NCBI GenBank assembly: GCA_003971905.1
Contig: RSEE01000148.1
Span: 1-64,000, forward strand
Direction of reading: 5' to 3'
DNA: 64,000 nucleotides
Origin: Moniliella sp. 'wahieum'
Taxonomy: Eukaryota
This document shows positions 10,668 to 21,869 of the stretch, one piece after another (the stretch's first letter is position 1; every line of letters starts with the position of its first letter). The notes beneath the pieces were generated by a model. That model had not been told where the DNA came from. It was given only the letters and a program-made list of their open reading frames with translations, and did not search any database. Both the position numbers and the translations under genes were made by a program.

Positions 10668-12476
10668 TCTCGTACAATATCGTCGCACACTCGCCAAGGC
10701 GCTCCATGCCTACGCCCCCCACCTCCTCACCTTGGGCCGGTGGATCTATGGTTCCCCCACCCAGCTTTGGGTTGCGTCGGGCGGAAATGAGACCAGCGTC
10801 CTGTCGGCAGAGGGCGTGCGGCAGGGCGACCCCTCGCCCCCTTTTTCTTCTCCATCGCAGTGCGGCCCACGCTAGAGAAGTTGAGCATTGCTCTGCCGCC
10901 GGGGCACCTGGTGATGGCATACTGGACGACATTACCATTTTCGGTCCAGAGCCAGGCATTACCGGCCAAGCTGCGGAGATTTTGGAAGACGACGCGTCAG
11001 GCCTCAAGCTCAACCTGCGCAAGTGCGTCGAGCGGGACCGGGACCAGATCCGGGAGGATGGTCTGCAGGTTCTGGGCACTTGTGTGGGAGGGGTTAGACT
11101 GTCGTCGATCGTGGCTCCGGGCCCAACTGGCCAGTCTGAGGGAGAACATGCCTAAGTTTGATGGCATCACCCGCCAGGGACGCCTCTTACTATGGCGGCT
11201 CAGCACTCAGACCAAGCTGCGCCACCTGCTCCGCACCATGCAGATGGAAGGAGAGCTAGACGAAGTGCTGGCCGAGATCGATGCCTTCATCTGTACGGAG
11301 TTCAGACGGATCCGGGGCGACGAGGATCCCCAAGGTGCCAAGGACGACCACTTCGACATGCTCATGAGCCTGCCTCTCCGGCTAGGAGGATGCGGCAGCC
11401 CGCTTACTCGTATATCGCGCCCCACGCCCGTGCCGCGGCCAACGAGGTCAACGACTATCTTATTACCACTTATGTTGACCGTTCGGGACCGCAAACGGCA
11501 GAGGCCAACGCATTTACGAAGCAACGCCAGCGCTGCCGCGAGATGTGGGAGAAAAGTCGACAGGAGCTGCTCCAGAAGCTGGACGCTGCCGATGGTCGTC
11601 ACGTGGTTGAGCACAGCAACCCGCTGAGCCACAACTGGCTCTCCGCCATTCCGTCCGTCCCATACCTCAGGCTCTCCGACCAGCAGGTCCAGGTTGGTCT
11701 CCAGCTCCGCACGCTGTGCCGCACCACGCGCAGCATGTGCAAGTGCGGTGTCATGTCCTCGCTGGAGCACATCATGTATTGCACTCGCTCCCAGGCCAAG
11801 TTTGGAGCGTTGCATGACGCAGTGCGGGAGCCCATTCTCCAGCTCCTACGCTCCATTCCCGACACCCATGTCCACAACGAACCAATGGTGGAGGACGAGG
11901 ATGGCCGGAGACAGAGGACACAGCGCACTGACTACCGCGTGATGGGACCCGGAGCACTGGGAGGATCAGGAATGGAGGTCGACCACACGCTGCGCGACAC
12001 GGGATCACTGGCAGCGCAGAGCGCGTTCCGGAGGGTGGTGCACGCGAGCACCGCAACCCCCTTGGAACGCCGGGAGAAGGAGCTGCTTCGGATGCTTGAA
12101 CAAGCAGAATGCGAGAAGAACGCCAAGTACCAGGGACGCACTCAAGAGACGTTTTTCCCCCTGGTTTTGACGACGAGAGGATACTACGGCACCAAGACGG
12201 CGAGCAAGTTGTTTGCGCATTGGAAAGTGGCTACTAAGTCTCAGTGGAAATGGTTCCTCGCTCGGATGTCAACCACGTTCCTCCGTGTCCATACGCGCTT
12301 CCTAGGGTACGGGACCGGATGGCATGAGCCGGAGGGTCCTGATATCCTGGCGATCCCCCTGGTTCCTTGACCCTGGTGGCGCCCCTAAGTAACCCCCGCA
12401 AGATGAACGGTTAGGTTTAGACGTCGTAGCGTTCCCTGTCCCAGCCTTCTTAAGTCTGCCAATGAAATGGAAGTAG
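10668..12476 (+). mobile_element. 5'-truncated non-LTR retrotransposon with RT and restriction-like endonuclease (CRE clade, Cnl1/MoTeR-like)
   Basis: RT motifs across frames: GVRQGDP, Y(L)DDITI, GLKLNLRKC, VLGTCVG, SLPLRLGGCG. Then NWLSAIP, CKCG..EHIMYC knuckle, HDAVR, RTD, EVDHT, EKNAKY, FFPLVLTTRG; stop at 12370. The 3' end is defined by homology with the copy at 1811-2085. Confidence 0.88.
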
Positions 12477-12685
12477 ACTATACCTTCAAAAAAGGCAATG
12501 GAAAGTGCAATCTGCGCAAGCCGATCTGGAGAAAGTTGCTTTTGCAAATTTAGAACCACAACAGTGGGACTCGCCACACACCCTTTTATATAGCCCTGAA
12601 GAAAATGGGATAAACTAATGTGACGATTCCCACCGGGAAAAAGGAGAGTTGTGACGATATGCTGAACAGCACGATGGGACACTCT

Positions 12686-14361
12686 TTAGGCATCATCCGA
12701 CGATGCGTACTTAGATCGCGCCCGGAGGTATGGACCGATGTGGAAGAATATGAATGGGATGGGGGCCATGGCACAGCAGATGAACGCCATCAGGCTGATG
12801 CCCATTGGGTGTGCATCTTGTGGAACATCTGGGTGCTGAACAAGGGAACTGCCGCGCCGCAGAGAGAACGAGCCAAAGTTTTGGCAGCCAACGCCGAGGC
12901 AGCTTGGCGGGGATAAACATCCACGAGGTACGCATTCGCTGAAATGTAGATGCAGACAAAGGAAAAGCCCATCGGAATCAACGCAACCATCGAACCAGAC
13001 CAATGAACAGGCATACTCATGCGACGATAAACATTGACAAGGGCAGGACCACTGCGCCAATCATCATGAGCGGAAGGCGATCCTCGGGAGTGTTCTTGCG
13101 CTCAAGTCCACGTTGATGGTACCATCTCTCGTGCATGAACACGTACAGGTTGGCAAAAAAAGAACGCCCACCAGGAGGGCGAGGAATACCAGTCCCACCT
13201 GGCCGGCATTAAAGCCGTGGCCCTGGTGTAAACAATGGGCAAAGCAAAGAAGAGGAGGTACACTAGAGCTGCATGGAAAGAGAGATTCAGCAGTCAGCAA
13301 CAATATCGAAAGCAAAGAGAAGGCGTTTACAACAAAACATACAGTACACCAGGCAAATGTAAGCGGAAAAGAGCATAAGCATCGGTTCGCTGATCAGCAT
13401 GAGCGTGGGGATAAACAGAGAGGTCTTGGCAATTTCTTTAAAGGAGCGTTTACCAACACGTTCGTTGGCTGTGGAGTAGCGATCGTCTCCTGTGCGCTTG
13501 CGCAGCATCTTAGCTCGCTTCTTGAGGATGACAGGGGCCAACGTCTCTGGAACGAAGAGTGTGATAATAAAGACAATTCCCGTAAAGGCAAATAGTGTCC
13601 AGTAGATGTACCGCCATGCCTTGGGGCTGTTAGTACTCGTCTTGATAAATCCACCAATCAACGGTCCCAAAGCAGGTGGAACAAATATCACAGACGAAAA
13701 CATGGCCATCGGCACACCCTTCTGATGGGGCCACCATACATCCGACAATGATCCGCCGACGTTGGTCATAGGTGCTGAAGCGGCAAGACCGGCGAGCATA
13801 CGCCCGGAAAGTAGAGTAGCAATGTTATTGGCCAGCGCACATTGCATGTTGAAGATGAAGTAAAGAAAACCACAGAGTATGTACACTGGTTGTCGCCCAA
13901 TCATCTCGGACAGAGAGGCAAACAGCATTGGCCCAAACCCAAATCCGCAAATAAACAGAGTGATCGACAAGTTGACCGCTTCCACCGATACGTGCAATCC
14001 AAGCGCTGCTCCATTCAAGTCACCAGTGGGCATCGAGGAACCAATGGCCACTGTGAAGCACAGTAGCGAGGTGAACATGGTGATACACCATTTCCGGCTA
14101 GCGTTCCAGTTTTTGGGGTTGTCCGGATCGTTGAGACCAAATTCGACCAAGAAAGGATCAGACTGGCCGACCTTCTCCACCTCTTCAATACGGTCGATGT
14201 ATTCTTGGCTGACCAAACTCCGTTCACCATCGTGGTCCATGATCAAGTCAGTGTTTGTTGACGGATGCATGCCGCCTGGCACAGTCTTGATGACCTCATC
14301 AAGGACGAAGGACCGATCGGACTTGACGGACGCAGGGCGCACTTTCTTCATTGGCAACCAT
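12686..14361 (-). CDS. MFS transporter, DHA1 drug:H+ antiporter family (TPO/FLR1-like)
   Basis: DPDNPKNWNASRKW, GFGFGPMLFASLSEMIGRQPVY, NVGGSLSDVW, FVPETLAPVIL, NAYLVDVY..AASALAA, PIPFIFFHIGPYLRARSKYA*. The 3' half is frameshifted; the start is inferred from the ATG at 14361. Confidence 0.92.
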
Positions 14362-14663
14362 GTTGATCGCAACTAACGTGAATAAGTGGGAGAGGTGGAT
14401 GAGGAAAAAGAGTGGGAAAAGAAAGAAACGGGAGCTAAGCTGAAGGGAAGAGGGGTTTTATTCAGAATATATTGTATACTTGCCAACTAGAATGGCCGCC
14501 GTAGAGACGGTTGCAGGATAATTATGCAGACCTACTGGCTGCCACCAAAGGCCCACAGTGAAAGCAGATCCATTAGGAACTACAGGACTGGGCAAGACTG
14601 ATTGCGGTACCACTCCGCTGCTAATCGCTATAGATGCTGTATGCAGGGTAATGGAGGGCTTCT

Positions 14664-14788
14664 GCTAATCACTAATCTCGAACAACTAATCTCAACTCGC
14701 TAATCTCGAATCGCTAATCTCGACTCGCTAATCTCGACTCGCTAATCTCGAATTGCTAATCTCGACTCGCTAATCTCGAATCGCTAAT
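14664..14788. repeat. 14-bp minisatellite (GCTAATCTCGA[A/C]TC, ~8 copies) upstream of the MFS gene
   Basis: Tandem gctaatctcgactc / gctaatctcgaatc units read directly. Confidence 0.92.
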
Positions 14789-16039
14789 TTTTGTCCGTGT
14801 CATCGCGGTCCCCACCTACAAGAAAAGCCTTGCTTTTTGTTATGGGGAACCTAAAACGGTACTACCGAAAGGAAGTGCGCCTTTGTTACCCACGGTACCA
14901 CACTTCAGGATGAGCGCGTTAGAGCATGGGATGGCTGATGCACACGCCGTAGGGATTCGATTATCTTCATTGAGGCTGAAATGGGTGTGTGTACAACGTA
15001 TCCGATAGAGGCTGAGAAGTTCCTGTTGGAATAGATAAGTAACATCATCATACGTGACAGAGCAGGCTCTATGATGAGATGTCAGGACTCGCAAGGCTGG
15101 GGAGGCGCAGAAAGAGCCGAGGCCACTCAGCATGTGTTCGTTGTAAACGGCGGAGATCGCAGAGAGTGCGATTACTGGGGCTGGCGGCGATTGCGCACTA
15201 ATGGATGAAGTACAGGTGAAACAGGAACTGCGTTGGGAACGGGCTACTACAAAGGTCTCAATTGGTCAATCATTATCCAAGAATTGATTGATGTACAAGG
15301 AAGGGAAGATACGGAAAACGGACATGAAACGGAATGCGCGCCTTAGCCCACCCGTCCTCAGGGTCAACGGGATCAATGTAAGGAGATACGAGACAGCCCA
15401 GGGGGGCAGATAAGGTGAATAAGGACAACCCAGCTGAAGGCAATCTTCTCAACGGCAATGATCTCGCACAAAACCGACGAGCATGTGGTTAAACAGGCGA
15501 GGTGATGCAGGGTGCACGGAAACGTACCAGGTCGCAATATGTCTCTTTGCCCACTGTGTGAAGGCACTTTTCCGTTTCATATGGGTCTGAGTGATAAGCA
15601 ATATGCTGTTTCATTACATTCATCTAACTGCATCAACCGATTCATTATCGTCCTGACTAATAGTGGCTTCTCATGAAGCATCCCACATCTCAAAAGCCTC
15701 TTGGATTCGACCAAGAACGCCTCAGCCCCGATCGACTATAGCCCCCCCTCCAACGCTGAAAGCCGCAGCATCATTCACGGGTATGTAGTAGTGGGCGGCG
15801 GGTGTGTCTGCAAAAATTTCGCTACGCCATGGTAGGAACCCACAGGTCTTGGCCGATTGGGACGCTGCGCCACAGAGGAGACCCGTCGCATGATGCGGGT
15901 GTGCACGTCGAGGCTACAAGTCGTCTTTAGATGGAGTGGCGAATACATACATGACACGTCGTACTTTCTGCAGCTACAGGGAAGCACGGATGTTTTACAG
16001 ATGTGCTATGTTCACAACTCACTGTACACGCCTCGAACT

Positions 16040-16184
16040 GGCTCTCCCAGTCGCTTTTCGGCAGCACATATCAATTCCGGAATTTACGGTGATACGATTC
16101 GGCTCAGGCCAGTAACGCCGGTAAATATTAATGTTATCGCCGGCGACTAACACCGGTCACATCTCTTAACGCCTGACTGGCCTG
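16040..16184. repeat. Dispersed direct repeat, copy A (~140 bp)
   Basis: tcggcagcacatatcaattccggaatttacggtgat...tcaggccagtaacgccggtaaa...cacatctc...gcctgact matches 18814-18952. Confidence 0.88.
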
Positions 16185-16894
16185 AGGCCTGGGGCCTGAG
16201 GCCTAAATCTTGAATGCGCATCGAGATAGTGAGCAGATTGGATCTGCCCGAAGAGTCCATGGACTTGTCCGAGAATATTATCATGGTTATCTTGATCTCC
16301 ACACCGTCACCGAATGGCTAAGCTCGCTCCAATTTCCAATTCTGCATCCTGTGTGTCTCTCGCTCTTCCTTCCCTTTTGCTTCTGAAGTTCGATTCTCAA
16401 CCAGTGGCAAGTTGAGAGGTGGAAGAACCTCTCCCTGGGGCGCCGACCATGCTCATCCATTCCCACTCCCGCTATGTGCATCCGGTTCAGAAACGAACAG
16501 GAAGGAAAAGCCATCACAGGGTCCTGACCTGTGCTGGCCCTTCCACTGGTCTCGTGAGAACGTTTGCACAAGCAAGCGGCACACACGCCCTATGACCGGG
16601 CCTGCGATATAGGCGCAGCGCTTCTCTGTCCCAGCCTAAAAAACTGTGTAAATGATATGAATGCATGGATGCAGTATAAATTCTATACACTAAACCCCGT
16701 CACATGTGACGGCCCCAAACAGCCCCGCGCCGCTGAAAGGGCACCTTCCATAGTACGATTCCCCTCTAATTCTAGTAGGAGCGCCCATGGCTTCATAAAA
16801 GACGTATTTAGACGAGTTACTATAGGCGCCTCTACGGGAAAAGTTGCATAGGGTTAAGTGTATATGCGCCAATTCTGCCTCATTTCTTCATCGA

Positions 16895-18083
16895 CTACTT
16901 GTCCACATCCACCACAGCGCGCCCGACCACATTCCCGGCCGCCATGGCAGCATACACGTCATTCAGCTCTGATAGGCCTTTGAGCGCATAGCGAACCGTC
17001 ACCTTCCCTCGCGCAGCAAGGCGGAGTGCATCGAGAGTATCCTGCCGACTACCCACCGCCGAGCCAACAATCTTCTTGCCCATCATCACGGTCATATTCA
17101 CATCCGCCTTGACCATCGTTGTCCCCGCCGGGACACCAAGAATCACCATCGTTCCTCGCGGGCGGAGGTAATCGAACGCCTGCGCGAATGCCATCTCCGA
17201 GCCAACAGACACCGCAGCGGCGTGCACCCATACCACCCGTTATGGTCTGAACCTCCGCGACCACATCCTTGGTCTGCTGGAAATCAATCCAGGCTTCCGC
17301 ACCTAGTTCCTTGCATAGCGCCTCCTTCTCACCCCCAGTGTCAATCGAAATCACGCGGTAGCCAGCTACAGCGGCATACTGAATCGCCAGGTGGCCCAGT
17401 CCCCCACCGCGCCAGGGATAGCGACCCCAACATCCCGACTGTAGCTGGGCTTCCTTCAGTCCACGGAAGACGGTCACCCCGGCACAGAGGATGGGAGCAG
17501 CTTCAAGCAGGCTAATGTCGTCCGGGATGGCAATAAGGCACTTGGCCGGGGCAACGACGTATTGTTGGAAAGTACCGTCGACGGTGTACCCCGAAGCCTG
17601 CTGGTTTGGGCAGTACGCCTCCAGTGTTCCTTCGCGGCAATAATCGCAATTGAGGCATATCGAGGCGAGCCACCGGATTCCCACCCTCTCTCCTTTCTTG
17701 ACCCAATCTCCGGCTCCAGAGGACAACTTCACCACCACCCCAGTGCCTTCGTGCCCCCCGACCATCGGCTCGCCTGTCGCCTGCAGACGGTTGGGATAAG
17801 GCCAATCGCCATTCTTGCGTGCAAGTCCCTGTGCTTCTTTCGTCAGCGAACTCTGGTATGAAAATGGCAAGGGACCTGGTGATGCGAAGGGAATGGGAGC
17901 CGGAACGTACGTCTGGCATACGCCCGAGTAGAGGATGCGCACCAGGCACTCTCCCTCCTTGAGCACAATAGTGGACGGGTCATAGGTCTGCAACTTAACC
18001 GGACCGCCGACCGTATCGAAGACACCACGGATGGCCGTGGTGGGGACGGTCAGGTCTTGCTCGCGTGGGTCGCGGAAACACAT
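16895..18083 (-). CDS. Zinc-dependent alcohol dehydrogenase (MDR family, ADH1-like)
   Basis: SGVCQT|DLHA across intron 17829-17910; GGHEGTG; structural Zn motif CLNCDYC..C; APILCAGVT; GGGLGHLAIQYA; C-terminal GRAVVDV*. TATA-like element near 18140. Frameshifts are present. Confidence 0.93.
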
Positions 18084-18813
18084 GGTTGCAGAATTGTGTG
18101 GTGCTGGCTGAGAGCAAAACTGCTGCAGAAGCTTCCCCCTTATATATGCCATCATCTCACCGCCTTCGGCTGAGCCGGCGGGCTCGTCGGGGAGATCTGT
18201 GCGGTGGTATAATGTCGTCTGACCCGTGCTATAGATAGATAGTTCCTATAGAGGCCCCTTATCGGAGACGCTTCACAGTCGGCTCAGACACAGATAAGCG
18301 GTCAGGTGGCTGCAATCATACTGAACACGCTCTCGTTGACCCAAAAGGAGATGATCGATTCTTGACGATCACATGTGAATCGCGGGACGGCCTAAGCAGT
18401 TACATGTAAGGCTTACTATACACCACGTAACAACAGCTACTGATGGCTGTCCGCATGTCTTCGCGTTTCTACGATCCAGGGAGATCAAGCCGATCAAGCA
18501 TTTCCGGATTGGGACGTCATCACGCACTGTGCTTCGTATACCTGGTGTGCAGTAGGTGGTTCCTTCTGATAACTCACAATCAGGCAACTGTGGAACTAGA
18601 CCTGGCAAGCAAAATGTGAACCAATTCATCGGCTACACCGCTTGAGGGGGATATGGTCGATAGGGCTGGTGCCGAAGAAAAGAAGGGTCAACGCGCGCGA
18701 TAGACGGACATCAAACGGAAGAATGCGTCTGGACCCCTTGCGATTATAATGGGACGCCCGGTATATCTACATGTGTAGGATGTTCCCAATTATTGGCATA
18801 TACCCGTCAAGGA

Positions 18814-18952
18814 GGCTCTCAGTTCCTTCGGCGGCACATATCAACTCCGGAATTTACGGCGATAAGATTAGGGTCAGGCCAGTAACGCCGGTAAAGGTTA
18901 CTGCAATCACCGTTTAACCGCGTTCACATCTCCGCGCGCCTGACTCGCTTGA
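18814..18952. repeat. Dispersed direct repeat, copy B
   Basis: tcggcggcacatatcaactccggaatttacggcgat...tcaggccagtaacgccggtaaa...cacatctc...gcctgact. Confidence 0.88.
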
Positions 18953-19130
18953 ATATTGAACGCTCATTGAGATTATGACCGTATTGGCCCTCACGCTCAG
19001 AAGTGGACCGGTCATGACCGAGATCAACAGATATGAATTCGAGATGCGGAAAACCCTTATCATCTGAAGTTGGAAGTCACTACTATTATGCAGCAGCTGA
19101 ACCGCGAGCAATATGGGTTGCAGTGCATGA

Positions 19131-19345
19131 TGCAGACAGCGCCATGATGCATGCAACCACACCTGGCGCTGCTCTATCCAACTGTCCCCTGTGTCCTGCC
19201 CTAACGGGCTCCTCTCTTGGAATCGATCCATCACTTTTTCTATCTCTCATCCCTTTTTCTATCTCTAACAGTTGTTCTCGTTCTTTCTCTCTCATCACCT
19301 TTTCTCTCTCTTTCTGTCTTTCTGTAGACATCGTTCTCTTTCACA
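19131..19345 (+). mobile_element. Diverged solo LTR related to the copia LTRs, in opposite orientation
   Basis: cagcgccatgatgcatgca...ctgccctaacgggctcctctcttggaatcgatccatcac matches the reverse complement of 4067-4226. It ends in ...ttcaca; boundaries are approximate and no TSD is evident. Confidence 0.8.
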
Positions 19346-20280
19346 GTGTACTTCGAAAACTAACAGGGAATCGCCCGCTTTGGGTGCTGGGCCACCGTCG
19401 CCACCGTAGTCACCATTCCACCGTCCACCGTCCACCGTTCATCGTTCCACGCTGGAGAGCATATCACTACGCTGACAGGACGAACAGAGGGCTATGATGT
19501 CACGTTACGTAACGGAAACCCGTCTCCTTTTTTTATAGCCACAAGGCCAACCCACAACCTCGGTTCGGGCACCGCCTTCGGCAACACCACCTGCCGCACT
19601 CATCCTACCCATAGCGTGGTACCGCCGGGCACCCCTCTTGCCAATGCGACGGACAGTACCCGCGTCGAGGCGGAGTTGGACGAAGTCGACTTGGCTGCTT
19701 TGATCAACATTCAACATTCAGACCCGACGTTGGCGCAGGTCTATCCGGGTGGGCCCAGCCCTCCTGCGCGCGGCTCTTGAATGCGACCGCTTCGTTGATT
19801 TTCTCACCGCCCTCACCAAGGGCATCTACCACGGCACTGCTCCGGGCCATGCGCTCCTGTTCACGCAGGGCGTCACGCGCACCAGCAGGGGGCCAGTGGG
19901 AGCCCATGCGTGCCCCAGCCTGCGCTCGCTGGCTCCCCGGCTTGACGCGGCCAAGAAGCGGCGCCGCGTACGCCTATCTTCCTCCTCGTCCCCATCGCCA
20001 CGCCGTCTGCGCCCGTGCCTGAGGCCTGGCTCATCGCTCCCATCCGCGTGGCTCTTGCTGTGGCGTACGCACCAAACCCACACCACACACTTCACGCTCA
20101 GAAGGAGCGCGTGCATTGCATCGCCCCGCTCGTCGGTACGGTTGGTTTCACTTCGCCCTCCCGCCGGCCCAAGGCAGCTGCCCTCCGCTGTCCCTGAGCG
20201 CTCCTCTGCGTCGTGGGGAATCGGTCAATTGCCCTGCGTGGGTTGCGCGTGGGCAGCCCCCGGCGGCACTAGGACGGGAG

Positions 20281-20316
20281 TGAGTACTGAGTACTGAGTA
20301 CTGAGTACTGAGTACT
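20281..20316. repeat. (TGAGTAC)5 heptamer repeat (AGTACT + G)
   Basis: Read directly. Confidence 0.95.
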
Positions 20317-20666
20317 ACTACTGAGTCGCTGGCGGTGGTCCCTTCAGTTGGTTGCATTTCCCATGTACAATCGGCACTCCACTTGCTGGCATCCCCATGT
20401 GTCTCTAGGGTCTTGGCTCGGGTCGGTGTACCATGTACCCCCCCATCGAGCAAATCGCGAATCGCAAATTGGGACGTGGGACGTGGGAAGTGGGAATCGC
20501 GGTATTTGCCCAACCAAGTACGACAGACCCGGTCCGACGAGTCGATGAAGCTGGAGGGTGGGTGGACGTTGTGCGGGACGCTTGAAACGTGCCTCGCCAA
20601 CGCACACACAACGCACGTCTACCGTCCGCCCGCGTCTACTGCGTTGATACGGCTGCTGCGTACAGA

Positions 20667-20777
20667 CGACTGACGGCTGATGACTGACGACTGACGACTG
20701 ACGACTGGCGACTGACGACCGGCGACTGACGACTGACGACTGACGACCGACCACTGACGACCGGCGACTGACGACTG
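20667..20777. repeat. Degenerate (GACTGAC)n heptamer array
   Basis: gactgacgactgac... with ggc variants. Confidence 0.9.
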
Positions 20778-20950
20778 AAGGCTGACGTTTTCACGATTGT
20801 GCATGCAGAAGGAAATGCCTTTGAGGGGTGACGGGGGGCAGTCGCATCACGACCAAGCAAACAAGAAGCAGCATGGCAACCAGCTCGCCCCAATGTAGGC
20901 TTACCCTGGAGCATGGGAAGCACCCATGTCCACGCAGGCAAGATGGATGG

Positions 20951-20989
20951 AAATGAGGAATGAGGAATGAGGAATGAGGAATGAGGAAT
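20951..20989. repeat. (AATGAGG)5 heptamer repeat
   Basis: Read directly. Confidence 0.92.
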
Positions 20990-21780
20990 GGGGGTTGTGC
21001 CTCCTTGGAGAGGTAGGGGTATTTTGAAGGGGGGAGAGCAAGCAAGCGAGAGGCAGGGGAAGAAGAAAGAAACCCGTCAACGCCCCCACCAAGTACCGCA
21101 GGAGCAAGTCAGTACAGTACGGTAGCTCTGCTCATCCACTTCTTCCTCGGCAATGGGCGCCTGGCGCGGGGGCGCGACGGCCCACTTGGCGCTGGGCAGG
21201 ACAACTTCCTGAATGGGAACCGTGCCCAGGACCGCGGCCAGAGCCGCGAGGAAGATGAAGTCGATGAGCAGAAGACAGAGAGGAGCGAGTAGGTGTCCGC
21301 GCCAAATGCAGTCTGTGGCAGCAGGGACAGCAAAAGGTGCCAAGCAAATCTCATTCACGACGTCCCGAATGGGGGAAACGGTCGAGAGGGTGGTGTCCAA
21401 GCGCGGCTGGAGAATGGCACGTGCGGATCATCGATCACTGAGCGATTACTACCAAAGAAACGCACGGGCCTCAGCGCCTCATGCTTCAGTACTAGTCCCC
21501 CCGCACAGCGTAGCCCCACGCAGGGGGCAGTGAGGCCTGAGGGCGCTCAATTTCCCGTGCCATATATACCGGTTACCAGTTACTAGTTACTAGTTATCCG
21601 ACACGGACGCCATGCGAGCCCCTCAGGCCTCACCGCGGGGGGCCAGTCGCTCGGCGCGTATCCCAACAGCCGAGGCCCTCGGTAGGATCAGTGACCGATC
21701 AGCGGCACGCCAAGAAGAGCGCAGCCCCCAAGCGCGTTTGCGGAGGCGAGTCGATCCGCGTCAGCGCTCCCTCGCTCTTC

Positions 21781-21869
21781 TCACTAGTCACTAGTCACTA
21801 GTCATACATCCACCCAATCCCATGGAGTTCCCTCAGGCCTCATGCATCATGCATCATGCCTCATGCATC
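21781..21869. repeat. (TCACTAG)3 and (CATGCAT)n/CCTCAGG heptamer repeats
   Basis: tcactagtcactagtcactagtca; cctcaggcctcatgcatcatgcatcatgcctcatgcatc. Confidence 0.85.

Noticed and set aside
12390..12397. TAACCCCC after the CRE-like ORF, resembling a telomeric repeat target
   Set aside because: It is a single unit inside the element's 3' UTR and is not conserved in the second copy at 1811-2085.
12302..12682. 126-aa ORF directly downstream of the MFS stop
   Set aside because: It overlaps the antisense 3' end of the retrotransposon and the probable MFS 3' UTR, and has no motifs.
14664..14788. CRISPR-like array
   Set aside because: Head-to-tail 14-bp units with no unique spacers, no cas genes, and a eukaryotic context.
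21077..21400. Small minus-strand ORF with a hydrophobic stretch (LLLIDFIFLAALAAVLG)
   Set aside because: No credible ATG, no recognisable family, and the opposite strand reads equally well; cannot be supported.
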